A DNA stretch of 63,473 bases, counting the filler, from Folioceros fuciformis (Eukaryota), in assembly GCA_049999805.1 (NCBI GenBank). It is 19 parts of 19 records of this genome, joined end to end, with 100 filler letters (N's around TTAATTAATTAA, not from the genome) between each part and the next. Parts side by side here need not be neighbours in the genome. Positions count along the whole stretch, not along the records: positions 1 to 4,917 come from JBNGIO010002977.1; positions 5,018 to 6,675 come from JBNGIO010002979.1; positions 6,776 to 10,634 come from JBNGIO010002980.1; positions 10,735 to 13,951 come from JBNGIO010002981.1; 15 more parts are not named here. One strand, written 5' to 3'. The notes under the pieces were generated by a model. The model did no database searches and was not told the DNA's origin. It saw only the letters and a program-made list of their open reading frames with translations. Below are positions 1 through 10,841 of this stretch, piece by piece (within the stretch, counting starts at the first letter, position 1; every line of letters starts with the position of its first letter). The translations under genes and the position numbers were made by a program.

Positions 1-2
1 GG

Positions 3-653
3 GTTCTGGACAGGGAGAAGGCTCAAGCCGAGGAAGAGGCGCGCGAGGCGAGGGCGGAAGTGCAGGCGCCGAAAGAGCAACAGGGGGCCCTGCTAGCTCA
101 GGTGAGGGAGGCTCACGAAACTAACCTGGAGTTGCAACAGGAAATGGCCAAGGCACAGGAGATGGAGATAGCCGTTGTGGAGCGGGCTCAGAAGTTAGCT
201 GACAGATACAAGCAGGAGCGGGATGAGGCCAGAGAGAGAGTGAAGGGGAAGAGCAAGGCTGGGCGCCCGAGTGAAACGACGACCCCGGTAGCCGACGGGG
301 CTACCGGTAGCCGAACCAGGGAAACGGTAGTCGAGGGGGCTACCGGTAGTCCGGTAGTCCATGGGACTACCAGCAGTTGGGTAGCCGACGGGGCTACCGG
401 TGGCCCAGCAAGGCCTAGGATAGCTGAAGAACCAACCCTGGAAAAGGAGGAAGCAGTAGGTGCGCCTGCCCCTAGGCGCTCCAGGAGGGTGACCCGTACC
501 AGGAGAACAGAACCGGAGGAGACACCAGCTGGGCAGGCAGAGAACCTTCAGGTACCCCAGCAGGAGGGGGAGCAGGCAACCCGAGGTAGCCCAAGGGAGG
601 AAAGGGGTAAGCACCTCTGTGATGACAGAAGGTTGGATTGTGCTGCAGTATGA
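3..653 (+). CDS. C-terminal part of a coiled-coil/low-complexity retrotransposon accessory ORF (5'-truncated)
   Basis: Frame is open from the window start. E/Q/A/R-rich helical segment followed by V(A/V)xGATG repeats. Lies about 700 nt upstream of a putative LTR. No recognisable gag/pol motif. Confidence 0.4.
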   Translation, partial: VLDREKAQAEEEAREARAEVQAPKEQQGALLAQVREAHETNLELQQEMAKAQEMEIAVVERAQKLADRYKQERDEARERVKGKSKAGRPSETTTPVADGATGSRTRETVVEGATGSPVVHGTTSSWVADGATGGPARPRIAEEPTLEKEEAVGAPAPRRSRRVTRTRRTEPEETPAGQAENLQVPQQEGEQATRGSPREERGKHLCDDRRLDCAAV

Positions 654-1371
654 GGAGGAGGCCTCCTATGTGCCAGGACTGTATGTAGAAGGAGCCAGGG
701 TTCTGAAGCTGTTTTTGTATGTACGTATGGGCACAGGAGGGACGCGGGGCTACGTCCTGCAGTTGAGGACGCGCCTGGGACTCTACCACTACAGATGGTG
801 GGTGACAGGACTACCCCACTGCTATGCGGAGGCAGTTCTGGAGGAACTGACGGAAGAGGAGGCCCAGCGCTGGGTAGAACGGGGGCCTGTGGCTGTCCTC
901 AGCAACCAGAGAAGGAGGAGGGGTGGTGGACCACAACGGCTGGACCCGCCAGCCAGGCTTAGCAGCAGCAGCAGTGATGTGGAGATCCTCTAGGAGGACC
1001 TGCCGGATCAACGGAGGGGCAGAAGAGCGAGAGGAGGAGCAGCGAGGGGTGACGTGCGAAGGCCAGGAGGAAGCCGCCAGCGGCGCAGGACAGGGCAATA
1101 GTAAATGCAGGCTAGAATAGTTTTTTTTAGCGTGCTTTATTTGGACCCAAGTCGCTCAGAATTTAAGAGCGCAGCCCCCTTGCCTGACAGACTTTATGGC
1201 ACAAAAACTGCCATCACCGTGTACAAGAGGCCGGTTTGAAGGCCTAAGGAAGTAGCAAAACACCAGCCGAGCAGTCGACCTTGCAGAAACCTAGCGATGG
1301 CCGTTGCTGGACAGGAGGTCCAGGCAAGTACGTACCTACCACGTAGCGCACGTAGCAACCTGGGGTGCGGG

Positions 1372-2439
1372 TGTAGGTGGTGGGCGCTCCGTGATCAGGT
1401 CCGGGGCCGAATTGGGAGGAGGAGCCTCGCCGAGTGGGAGAGAAGCTCCCCAGCTATCCTCGGAGTGGTCACGTGGGTGGTGTGGGTGTCGGAGCCGAAT
1501 CCGCGAGTTCGGAGTGGAAGAGGTCCCTCTTCCCTTAGCTCCGGTACCTCACCATTCCTCAATGTTCATGGAAGCCCAGGAGGGGCATTGCTGAGAAAGA
1601 AGACGGAGGATTGGATAAAAAAGAAGCGCGAGGGTGCGCGTGTGTGAGAAAGAGGAGAAGCGAGTAACCAGAGACGAGGAGAACGTATATCGAAAACTGG
1701 TGAGTGGAGAACGAAGCCGGAGAAACCCTGGAAGCGAGGTGAGTAATGTGTAACGAGACGTGGTAAGTGGAGAACGAAGCCGGAGAAACCCTGGAAGCGA
1801 GGTGAGTAATGTGTAACGAGACGTGGTGTGTATGAGTGACTAGCCGCGATGAGACTGGAGAGACTGTGAGGAAGTTGATTTGAGACTGCAGAGGGTGTAC
1901 CTAGAGTGTGAAATCACATGGGTGGAAGGCGACCGGCAGATTGTTGCTGTTCATATGTGTGCGCGTTTGATCCTAAGGGTGAGAGGCGATTTTGTGGAGA
2001 ACCAAGGAAGGAAAGCGCAAAAGGGAAAGCGCGAGAAAACAGTCGGGTAGGGACGACTCAGAGAGAGAGAAAATCCTAGAGAGAGAAAGAGAGAGAGAGT
2101 GGGGCCTACGAGTGGTAGCCCGAAAGACGAAGGTAGTAGTCCATTGGGGAACGGAGGGTAGTTCGGTGGCCCACCAAGAGTAGTCCAGGGGGAGGTAGTC
2201 CCTGGTGCGACTGGGTGGTAGGAGAGTCGTCTGGTGGGAGAAGTAAGGGGGCTGGGTAAGGACCAAGCACTGGACGTGTGTGCGTGGGTCAGTCGAGTTT
2301 AGGTGCTGATTGACTTTAGAAGCTAACCTGTGTAGTTTAACGCGAATCATTCCCTTGGGATCGAATCCCAGAGCTACAACAACATAGAGGGCTTGTGTGG
2401 ACCTCGCGGTACCCCCGGGTACCATATTTTAACCCCACA
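1372..2439 (+). mobile_element. Gypsy-type LTR, probably a 3' LTR
   Basis: Ends TTTTAACCCCACA at 2439. About 1450-2439 is the reverse complement of 60831-61752, and similarity stops at this CA. The left edge (TGTAGG after G-rich TGGGGTGCGGG) is tentative. Confidence 0.6.
1698..1827. repeat. 63-bp tandem duplication inside LTR
   Basis: Units start at 1698 and 1761. The homologous LTR at 60831-61752 has a single unit. Confidence 0.9.
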
Positions 2440-2744
2440 ATTGCCATGTTAGGTTTTTAACTCCGTGGGTAGTTGCCTTCTTTACGCTCACTCTTCAGCT
2501 CTACGTTAGGTGATCATCACCTAGGTTGGCTCACACATGTGGTGTGAGCCCATGCACTTATGTTGGGCAAGTAGCCCTGGCTGGCGCTTCGGCTATTCGC
2601 CTAATTTGGTTCAACCGAATCTAATTATCTTTTTTTTCCCCTAATAAGCTACTAATCACCATTCTGCATTAAACTATTCATTTTGTTGTGACTCTCTAAA
2701 ATGCATTTTTAGCACAATTTCACGACAGTACTCAATTTCCACCA

Positions 2745-3349
2745 TATCACAATTCTTGGAGTCACCTGGAAGGCGCACTAGGCAACCGTAAAGAGAGTCT
2801 TCCGCTACCTTAAGGGAACCCTTACCTATGGCCTGGCGTACACAAGCCAAGACATAGGGAAGCTGTCGCTTGTAGGATACACCGATGCAGATTGGGCGTC
2901 CGACCCCAACTCACGGAATAGCCTCAATGCACACTGTTTCCTTTTGTCTTCTAGAGCTGTGAACTGGAGTTGCAAGAAGCAAACTTCCATAGCTCTCTCC
3001 TCCACAGAAGTAGAGTATAAGTCACTCACATATGCTGCTAAGGAGGCAGAGTGGGAAAGAGCTTTTCTGGCCAACGTTGACCAGAAGCAAAACAATCCTA
3101 CACCCCTACATTGCAACGACATGTCTTCGCTGGCCTTGGTCTTCGCTTGGCCATCCCAGGACGAAGCACATCGAGATTCAACATCATTGTGTACGGGACG
3201 GTGTTGAGCGCGGCGTAGTGAAGGCTGCCTATGTCTCAACAGAGGACAATGTTGCAGACATACTAACTAAGGGCCTACCAAACCTACGCCACTACCAGCA
3301 CATGCTTGTGCTAGGTCTGATTGATTTCTCACCTCAACTTGCCTTGTGA
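2745..3349 (+). pseudogene. Copia RT C-terminus/RNase H fragment
   Basis: RYLKGT, GYTDADWASD, WSCKKQTSIALSSTEVEY, RTKHIEIQHH and NVADILTKGL motifs, with frameshifts. Confidence 0.92.
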
Positions 3350-3399
3350 GCCTAATGCGAAAGGCTTGAAGAGAAAGTTTCTTGGATAGAATTAAGGGT

Positions 3400-3672
3400 A
3401 GTAGCAAGTTGAGTGTAGATCACTAGACTTGTTTTGTAAGTATCTTGAATAAAGAGCAGCACCTAAAAGAGATGGTCTACGAGTTGTTAGTGGCCGGTGG
3501 GCTACTTGGAGCCTTAGTGTTGAGTAGTGAGATGGTAGAGTGATTTGTAAGTGGAGCACTAGAGCCTAGTGTTGAGTCATGAAAGAGGTGAGTGATTTTT
3601 TTTAAGTGGCATGTTGCAAAATGAAAAGACAAGATGCAAGGTCTTCACTTCTTTTCATAAGGGGGCATTGTT
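3400..3672 (+). mobile_element. Degenerate LTR 3'-end fragment of the family at 25693-32330
   Basis: Aligns by eye with the reverse complement of 31285-31460. Ends AAGGGGGCATTGTT versus AAGGGGGCGTTACT. Confidence 0.7.
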
Positions 3673-3765
3673 TAATAACTACACCCCTTTCAGCGAGGTG
3701 GGGCAGAACCACACAGTTAGAAGCAAAAGTAAGAGTTAGAAATTAAACATCAAACATAGTACTAC

Positions 3766-3876
3766 GCCTCCAAGTAGCCCGCCCTCCTCTTCTATGAGAA
3801 CTCGCAGCCAGCTATTATTAGGCCTCCAAGTAGCGCGCCCTCCTCTTCTATGAGGACTCACAACCAGCTATTATTT
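3766..3876. repeat. 56-bp tandem duplication
   Basis: GCCTCCAAGTAGC... units start at 3766 and 3822. Confidence 0.85.
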
Positions 3877-4110
3877 CAAACCACGAATCAACAAGAACAT
3901 ACAAGAGCTAGAGGGCTAGAGAGAACTCCCCATCTTTGCATAAGATAAGAGCTTAGTTCTTCCTTCTCTTGACCTCCTTTGATAGCTCATTCACATCACA
4001 CCTCTTATGTGTCCTTTATAACACACCTCGTATGTGCTCAGAGCCAAGAAACACATGCTCTCAAGGCGTAGCCTAAGCACCCAGTGCTCTCAAGGCTTTG
4101 ACGAGATACT

Positions 4111-4517
4111 GCACTCAAATCAACTGTATTGTCCTTAGCCCTTGGCTAGGTCCCCTTTTATACACAAGCTCTAGTCACTAACTTAGTAACTACTTACTTA
4201 AGCTTTAAACTATTATTCACTACTACACACTTTCGTAGGGCTGCATGCTTCTCGTGGTCTTAGTAACTTGCTCTGCTAAACATGCTTCTGCATGGAGCTT
4301 TCTTGGTAGGCACTCAAATCAACTGTATTGTCCTTAGCCCTTGGCTAGGTCCCCTTTTATACACAAGCTCCAGTCACTAACTTAGTAACTACTTACTTAA
4401 GCTTTAAATTATTATTCACTACTACACACTTTCGTAGGGCTGCATGCTTCTCGTGGTCTTAGTAACTTGCTTTGCTAAACATGCTTCTCCATGGAGCTTT
4501 CTTGCTAGGCACTCAAA
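4111..4517. repeat. 199-bp tandem duplication in LTR-like sequence
   Basis: GCACTCAAA recurs at 4111, 4310 and 4509, with near-identical intervening sequence. Confidence 0.92.
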
Positions 4518-4917
4518 CCAGCATTGTTACTATTTAGAGAATTTTTATTTAACCTTTTTTTAGCACCCTAATTATTTTGGACTAGGGCCGAAGGTCCCAT
4601 TTAGGGAGGGGCTGGTACAGATGTATTGTACTCCGCTCATAAGGCGGAGCAATTTGAAGTACAGAGCGCTTTTCCACGTACACCTCCGTGGTGGGAAAGG
4701 TGAGGGCTCGGGAGTTCATGACTGAAAGTGTGAGGCGAGCAGGAGGATCGGATCGAGTAGCATGATGCAAAGCTTGTAAGCAAATCGAGGGAATCGGAGC
4801 CCTCCCGTTTCCGTTCCGGTTTCGGCTCGGGTTCCCGACCAGGAGGCGGGGACACGGCGTGCCCGTCCCAAAGAGCTCGCTTGCACGTTGCAACTCGCAA
4901 GCCATGGTGCGCTCTGT

Positions 4918-5017
4918 NNNNNNNNNNNNNNNNNNNNNNNNNNNNNNNNNNNNNNNNNNNNTTAATTAATTAANNNNNNNNNNNNNNNNNNNNNNNNNNN
5001 NNNNNNNNNNNNNNNNN
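4918..5017. other. Artificial contig spacer (first of 18)
   Basis: 44 N + TTAATTAATTAA (stops in all six frames) + 44 N. The same 100-nt spacer starts at 4918, 6676, 10635, 13952, 16920, 19245, 24928, 32732, 36460, 37564, 39686, 40808, 43764, 45035, 47434, 50381, 52151 and 61753. Adjacency across spacers is not biological. Confidence 0.99.
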
Positions 5018-5064
5018 AAAGTTTAGTCGATAGCAATTGCCTTGCTCTCTCCGCAAAATACACA

Positions 5065-5076
5065 TGGTATCAGAGC
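5065..5076 (+). promoter_or_regulatory. Primer-binding site (tRNA-iMet) of a Copia element
   Basis: TGGTATCAGAGC immediately after an LTR-ending CA at 5063-5064. Confidence 0.92.
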
Positions 5077-5107
5077 CTCATATGCTTCGACAATCCCTCA
5101 AGCCATG

Positions 5108-5900
5108 ATGCCTGAAGGAGGAGCTCTCGTGCAAGGAGACGCCAACAGAACAGCAGGAGAAATCGCGGCAATTACTAGCGATTACAAAACAATCTGCCTG
5201 CTGCTTTGAACAACATCTTAGACTTGTACGAGGCCAACTACCTAGACATCTGGCTAAGACATTTTGTAGACACACATTCAGGTAGTGCTGTTGGTCGTGC
5301 TAGAGCAGCTAGCAGGCAGGAAGGAAATTCTAGAGTTCATTCCCTTTACCGTGCTCGTTGCCTTAGCAGACACCAAAATCATGATTTGTTCTACAAGCCA
5401 CCCTCTAATCGGATCTCTCTGGAATCCACCATCCCCGAAATCTCCAGCCGAGTAGCTCCCCTTGTTCCTCTAGCAAACAACCTATTGCATGTACCTGTTA
5501 GACATCAGGATAGGAATCAAGGGAGCCTCTCAAAAACAAGTCAAAATTTTGAGGAAAGGATCGAGGATACTCTCCAAAGGATGCTGTCAAATCAACTCAT
5601 TGAGGGATGGAGTAGTCTGAGCCCAATTCACTCTTAGTCAAGAAACCTGCAGAATCAACAGTGCGATTGCAAGGATTTCAGAATCACTCAAGGAGATGGA
5701 CCTTGGTCAGGGCTTCTCATCGAAATCTTCTCCAGCTAGAAGAGATTTCATCCTGTGACTTTACTTCCGCTGGTGGAGAGGGCAGGAGACGCGAATCGAC
5801 AGCAAAAGCAGCAGTGACCTTTGGTGCAGACTTGAATAGGCGCAAAGCCATTGCTGCCCCCTTGCTAGTCTCGTGTCTTCTTGCATTTGATAGGTCCAAC
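5108..5900 (+). pseudogene. Degraded ORF0 between PBS and gag
   Basis: MP..RRSSRARRR-like start. Open 5206-5637, then a shifted frame giving the heptad INSAIARISESLKEMDLG. Confidence 0.45.
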
Positions 5901-6394
5901 TAACCTGTCATTCTGCGTGCTTGGGACATATCAGTTAGAAACCCTAAAAAAAAAAGTAACTGAAACGTTGCATGAGAAGAAGCGTCATCAACCTTGACTG
6001 TGCACCTTTTGTATCAGGAAAGTCGATGAGGGAGGAAGCTTGTTAGAGGTCAGATCCTCTGGTCATATCAGAGTATCCGCCCACCCTCCCAGGCTGTCTC
6101 TCCCATCGAGCCCCCTGAACACAAGTCGTCAGCCCTCAGTATTCTCATGAACATACGATCAAACGAGAACAGAAACCAACATTCGAACTCAGCTATTTCT
6201 TTTTATCACTCTGACCATAGCAAAGAAGTGATCTTAGCAGAGTTCGCATGTCCAGTTTTGTTTTGGACGATAGTGACCAAGCTAGTTGTCACCAATCTAC
6301 CTCCTCAGAGGAGGACGTAGGTGAAGTCGATTTAGCGGCCTACCTTGCCGCTAACTTTTGGCAGAATCCACCTATCACATAGACCGTAATAAAA

Positions 6395-6675
6395 ATGACA
6401 ACCCCCTCTTTTACGTCAGACTTGAAGGAAAAAGATAGGTTTAATGGCACTAAGTACCCTGTATGGAGAGTGCGCATGAAAGCCATCTTGATCCAAAAGG
6501 TTGTTGGAGTGTGGTTGGTGGATCTTTTGCAGAACCCGATCCCATATCAGGCCCTCAAGTTGACAAGGACAGGTGGGTAGCTTGCAATGAGGTTGCTGTT
6601 GCCGTCCTCATTAATGGGCTGGACACAATCCTTGTCCCTGACGTTGAGTACCTGACCAAGGGAATTCAAATATGG
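6395..6675 (+). pseudogene. Copia gag N-terminus (frameshifted, cut by contig end)
   Basis: KEKDRFNGTKYPVWRVRMKAIL, then CWSVVGG...W, typical of the Copia gag N-terminal region. Confidence 0.85.
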
Positions 6676-7402
6676 NNNNNNNNNNNNNNNNNNNNNNNNN
6701 NNNNNNNNNNNNNNNNNNNTTAATTAATTAANNNNNNNNNNNNNNNNNNNNNNNNNNNNNNNNNNNNNNNNNNNNAGGTCATCGGGAGCTCGTCCTGGAC
6801 CGCTTGGTTGCGTCCAGAGAGAATGCACCCCCGACAGGTCACGATGGCATGATTGAATTGCAAAGCTGCAGACAGCCATGCTCCAGCCCCTCGTATAGAT
6901 GCAACAAAGAGGAACGCGGCACAGGCCGCCAGTTGCCTTTTGAAGGCCTGTCCAAGCACTGGTGGCTCAGTGATGGTGGATGCGCTGGGTGCAAACCGGT
7001 TCATAAGCTTAGTTCAGTCCACAATAAAATTCTTTTTTTGAGATTTATATATCTTTTTTATTATGCGTTTCATTCATTTGAGTTCGTTCTTGTTACTTAC
7101 ATGTTTGGGGTTACTTCTTCTTATTGTTATATGTTTGATTTATTTATGTTTGTTAGGTTCATGTAGGTTAGGTTAATTATCAGTAAAGAGTTTCAATCCA
7201 AGACACATGTGCCAAAAGAATCAGCCCTAACTAAAGGGCAAACTTGAAGACCAATCTCGCAAAGCCTTAGATATGGTGATACAATACTTGCCTGGTAGCA
7301 TCAAATAGCTTGCTTTGAGTAAAGAGTAAAGAGGAGGGATAGATATAACATCTTTCACCACAATCTCCATGGAAAAGTTTACGAATACCGGTGATAATAT
7401 GA

Positions 7403-7566
7403 GGTAAGTGAGGAAATCCTTAATTTAGATAACCCTCTTATATATATAAAGACTAGGATAGAAAGCATGTATGTACTTGGATAATATAGGTAAGCAAGGA
7501 AGTACTTAATTTAGATAACCCTCTTATATATATAAAGACTGGGATAGAAAGCATCTATGTACTTGA
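7403..7566. repeat. 86-bp tandem duplication
   Basis: CTTAATTTAGATAACCCTCTTATATATATAAAGACT occurs twice, with units starting at 7403 and 7489. Confidence 0.85.
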
Positions 7567-7619
7567 AAGATGCATCTTCCATGTATTAGTGCAACGGATT
7601 CATCTGCACGAGTACATAC

Positions 7620-9362
7620 ATGGAAGATGCACGCCAGGTTTTTGACAGCTTGGCCACCAAGGATGTGGTGACATGGAATGCTCTGATGCCTGGGTATGCA
7701 CAGCAACGACTTGGCCAAGATGTGCTTCTTCTTATTCTTCTATGTAGAAAAATGGAGCAAGAGGACCTCATTTCGTCAAACCATGTCACCTTTGCTTGCT
7801 TCTTGAATGCCTTGTGGGAGCGGAGCACTGGTGCCTTACAGAAGGGGAGGCAGCTGCACTCACAGATGGTGGAAAGAGGCCTGCTGGATGACATATTGTT
7901 GGGAACCAGCCTGGTGGACACGTATAAAAAATGTGGGGAACTGGAGGATGCACGCCAGGTTGTTAACACCATTAACACAAAGAACGTGGTGCCATGGAAC
8001 GCCCTGATTGCTGGGTATGCACAGCAAGCTCTTGCCCAAGAGGCGCTGGTTCTGTATGAACAAATGGAAGAAGAAGGCCACGTCGAGGCTAACCACGTTA
8101 CGTTGGCTTGCCTTCTTAAGGCATGCGGAAGCACGGGTGCCTTCCAGAGGGACAGGCAGCTGCACTCACAGAATGTTGAAAGAGGTCTGCTGGATGATGC
8201 AGTGATGGGCAACTGCCTGGTGGACATGTATGCAAAATGTGGTGAGCTGGAAGATGCACGCCAGGTGTTTGACAGCTTGGCCACCAAGGATGTGGTGACA
8301 TGGACGGTGCTGACTGCTGGGTATTCCCAGCAACGACTCGCACATGAGGCACTTGTGGTGTACGAAGAAATGGAGCAGGAAGGCCTTGTTTTGGCTAACC
8401 ATTTTACTTTTGCTTGCCTTCTGAACTCCCGAGCAAGCACAGGTGCCTTGCAGACTGGCAGGCAGCTGCACTGACAGATTGGTGAAAGTGGACTGCTGGA
8501 CAACGCAGTGTTGGGCGATTGCCTGGTGGACATGTATGCCAAATGCGGGGAACTGGAAGATGCACGCCAGGTTTTTGACAGCATGGGCACAAGGAATGTG
8601 GTGACATGGAATGCCCTGACATCGGGGTATGGTGCGTGTGTGGTGATGGGCACAGAGCATAAGCTTGTATTGAGGAGATGCTATTTGCTAGTATTCCGCC
8701 TGATGGTGCAACTTTTACATTCCTTGTAGCAGCATGCAGTCATGAGGGGCTGGTCCACGAGGGCCGCAAGTACTTTGATTCCATCGCTGAAGAGCATGCC
8801 ATCAAACCTGCTCTTGAGCATTACAATTGCATGGTTGACCTTTTTGGGCGTACAGGCCATTTAGATGAGGCTGAGAAAATGTTTTGTCTTGTGAGGACCA
8901 AAGGAATGTTGTGGGGCTGACGTCGCCATTGAATGCGTGCAGAAGTCACGGAGATGTAGAGAGGGCGATGTGGTGTTTCGACGGTCTGGTGAAAGTGGAA
9001 TGTCAGTGGGCGCCCGCAAATGTGCTCATGGCCAATGTCTTCGCAGATGCAGGCAGGTGGAGCGATATAGACCGGATTGAAACACGGAGACTAGTAGCAG
9101 GAGCCAACACGAAACCTGGGGTTGAGAGCATTGAGGTGAAAAAGCAAGTACATGGATTTGTGGTGGGGGGCAGGAGAGAGGATATTGCGCTGAAGGCACA
9201 GTGCACGAATGCACGACTGAAGCAGGAAGGAGGCCACGTTCCTCGCACAAATTTGGTCTGGAGCCTGTGCGTCAGAAGGAAAAGGAAGATGCGCTTTGTG
9301 AGCATGCTGAGAAGCTAGCCTAACTCTGGCGTTTGGTCTGTTGAACACTTCGAGTGGGACCT
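7620..9362 (+). pseudogene. PLS-class PPR-E1-E2-DYW:KP RNA-editing factor pseudogene
   Basis: P-L-S triplets (VVTWNAL.AGY / HVTLACLLKAC / GNCLVDMYAKCG), L2-S2 (ACSHEGLV, EHYNCMVDL), E1/E2, KPG..IEV..VHGFVVG at 9112, GGHVP, and EDALCEHAEKLA (HAEKLA at 9303-9320). In-frame TGA at 8472, several frameshifts, and the DYW 3' half is lost. Confidence 0.92.
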
Positions 9363-10232
9363 TCAGTGCACAAATCTTGAGGTTCGTGTGTTGGACGCGA
9401 GTGAGAGATTCCGATGAAGTGGGTCGTTTCCTGCTCTCTACTACAATCACAAGCGACAAGTGCATTCCTGCTTTGAGTGACGTCCTGTGGTGCATGCATT
9501 CCTGAGCCACGAACGCAGCCACTGTTGAGGAGACATTTGCTTGCACGGACAAAGCAATGCAAAACAAGGTGAGTATCTGCACCTGTACGTTTCTTCCACA
9601 GCAGGATGCGAGTGTTCCAAGAAAACGTGTCTGGCAAGCACAGCCTGTTGCAGGGGGCGAAACCTTCAGTCTCCGATGTGGCAAGGCGGTTCAGGTTCAA
9701 GTCGTAGGGAGAGGATTCGTGGTTCCGGTTGGTTTGGTAAGAGTATGGGACAGATTACACTGGAGGTGTGGGATGGAATCTCAACATGTCTAGAAGCACC
9801 TGCTGTGGCTCTGTAGCTCACCTTGATTTCCACAGCTGAATCCTCAACACATCCACATGATTCCGTTGTTTCACTGAGTCGTGACATGAGTCGTGAATGA
9901 GAAACCCCCTTGGGCTTGCATACACAAGGCTGTCTGATGAACCACGTTGGCTCTCCATGTTTCTGTCTGCACTGCGCTTCACGCAGGGCAGGAAGGTTGG
10001 CAAGACTGCTGAGATGAGATGCATATGTATGCATTGACATAATTTGTAACCATGGTTCAGGCCACCATGTTGTCACGAGTCTCAAGGCGTGCTCCGTCCA
10101 CGGCTCCTCCAGGCTGTGGTCCTGTGTCTACAGCTCTTGCCATCAGTGACAAACCTAGGGTGCCAGTCAGCTAGCTCCCACTCGTTGAATAGGATGAGTG
10201 TGATCCTGAATTTCTGTTCGTACTGACAGCTC

Positions 10233-10450
10233 TCAATTGTGGTCTCCACACGAACAAACGCCACCCTTGAAGTGATGAACTCTGTGGGCATTATGATCTC
10301 CCTATTCTCAATCTTGGAGAAGAGCTTCGTGCCTCTGTGGCAAAGGTCACACATCCGCAGATTTTTCGTTACCAGCAAGGTGGTGCCTTCGGGTGTGTTG
10401 AGGAGACCATAAGCTAATGTAAGCTTCTCAGCGGGTCCACCAATGCACTC
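10233..10450 (-). pseudogene. DYW:KP deaminase C-terminal remnant
   Basis: AEKLTLAYGLLNTPEGTTLLVTKNLRMCDLCH...REII, then a frameshift, then AHRVHHFKGGVCSCGDHN*. The Zn-ligand His is replaced by Pro. Confidence 0.88.
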
Positions 10451-10841
10451 ACCACACACCCATTCACCTCAAAGCAGCTGCCCACCAAATGAGCATGTAA
10501 CAGTTTCCCTGATGCCAAATCACCGATGTCTGCACAGGCTTTCAACACTGCCACAAACGTGCAGTCATTTGGTTTCACACGGGATTACCGCGTCTGCAAA
10601 TACAGTTTTATGGCCTGCTCAGCTTCCCCATGTTNNNNNNNNNNNNNNNNNNNNNNNNNNNNNNNNNNNNNNNNNNNNTTAATTAATTAANNNNNNNNNN
10701 NNNNNNNNNNNNNNNNNNNNNNNNNNNNNNNNNNCCTCTTCAGTGGAATGAGGTACCTTATGCCATGGAGGGACACCAGCTGCATTCAGCCACGTTAGTC
10801 CAAGCTTTTATCGCAACATCTAACTTAGGGGAGCCGCAGTC

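Noticed and set aside
2350-2385. GGGATCGAATCCC hairpin resembling a tRNA T-arm or B box
   Set aside because: No cloverleaf or A box could be built. Treated as an LTR hairpin.
3659-3672. AAGGGGGCAT-TGTT as PPT plus LTR start of the upstream Copia fragment
   Set aside because: Aligns better as the degenerate 3' end of the Gypsy LTR family at 31285.
4582-4917. GC-rich minus-strand ORF at a contig end
   Set aside because: No recognisable domain or homologous copy in the window.
7586-8660. Long minus-strand ORFs over the PPR gene
   Set aside because: Antisense shadows of the repetitive PPR coding frame.
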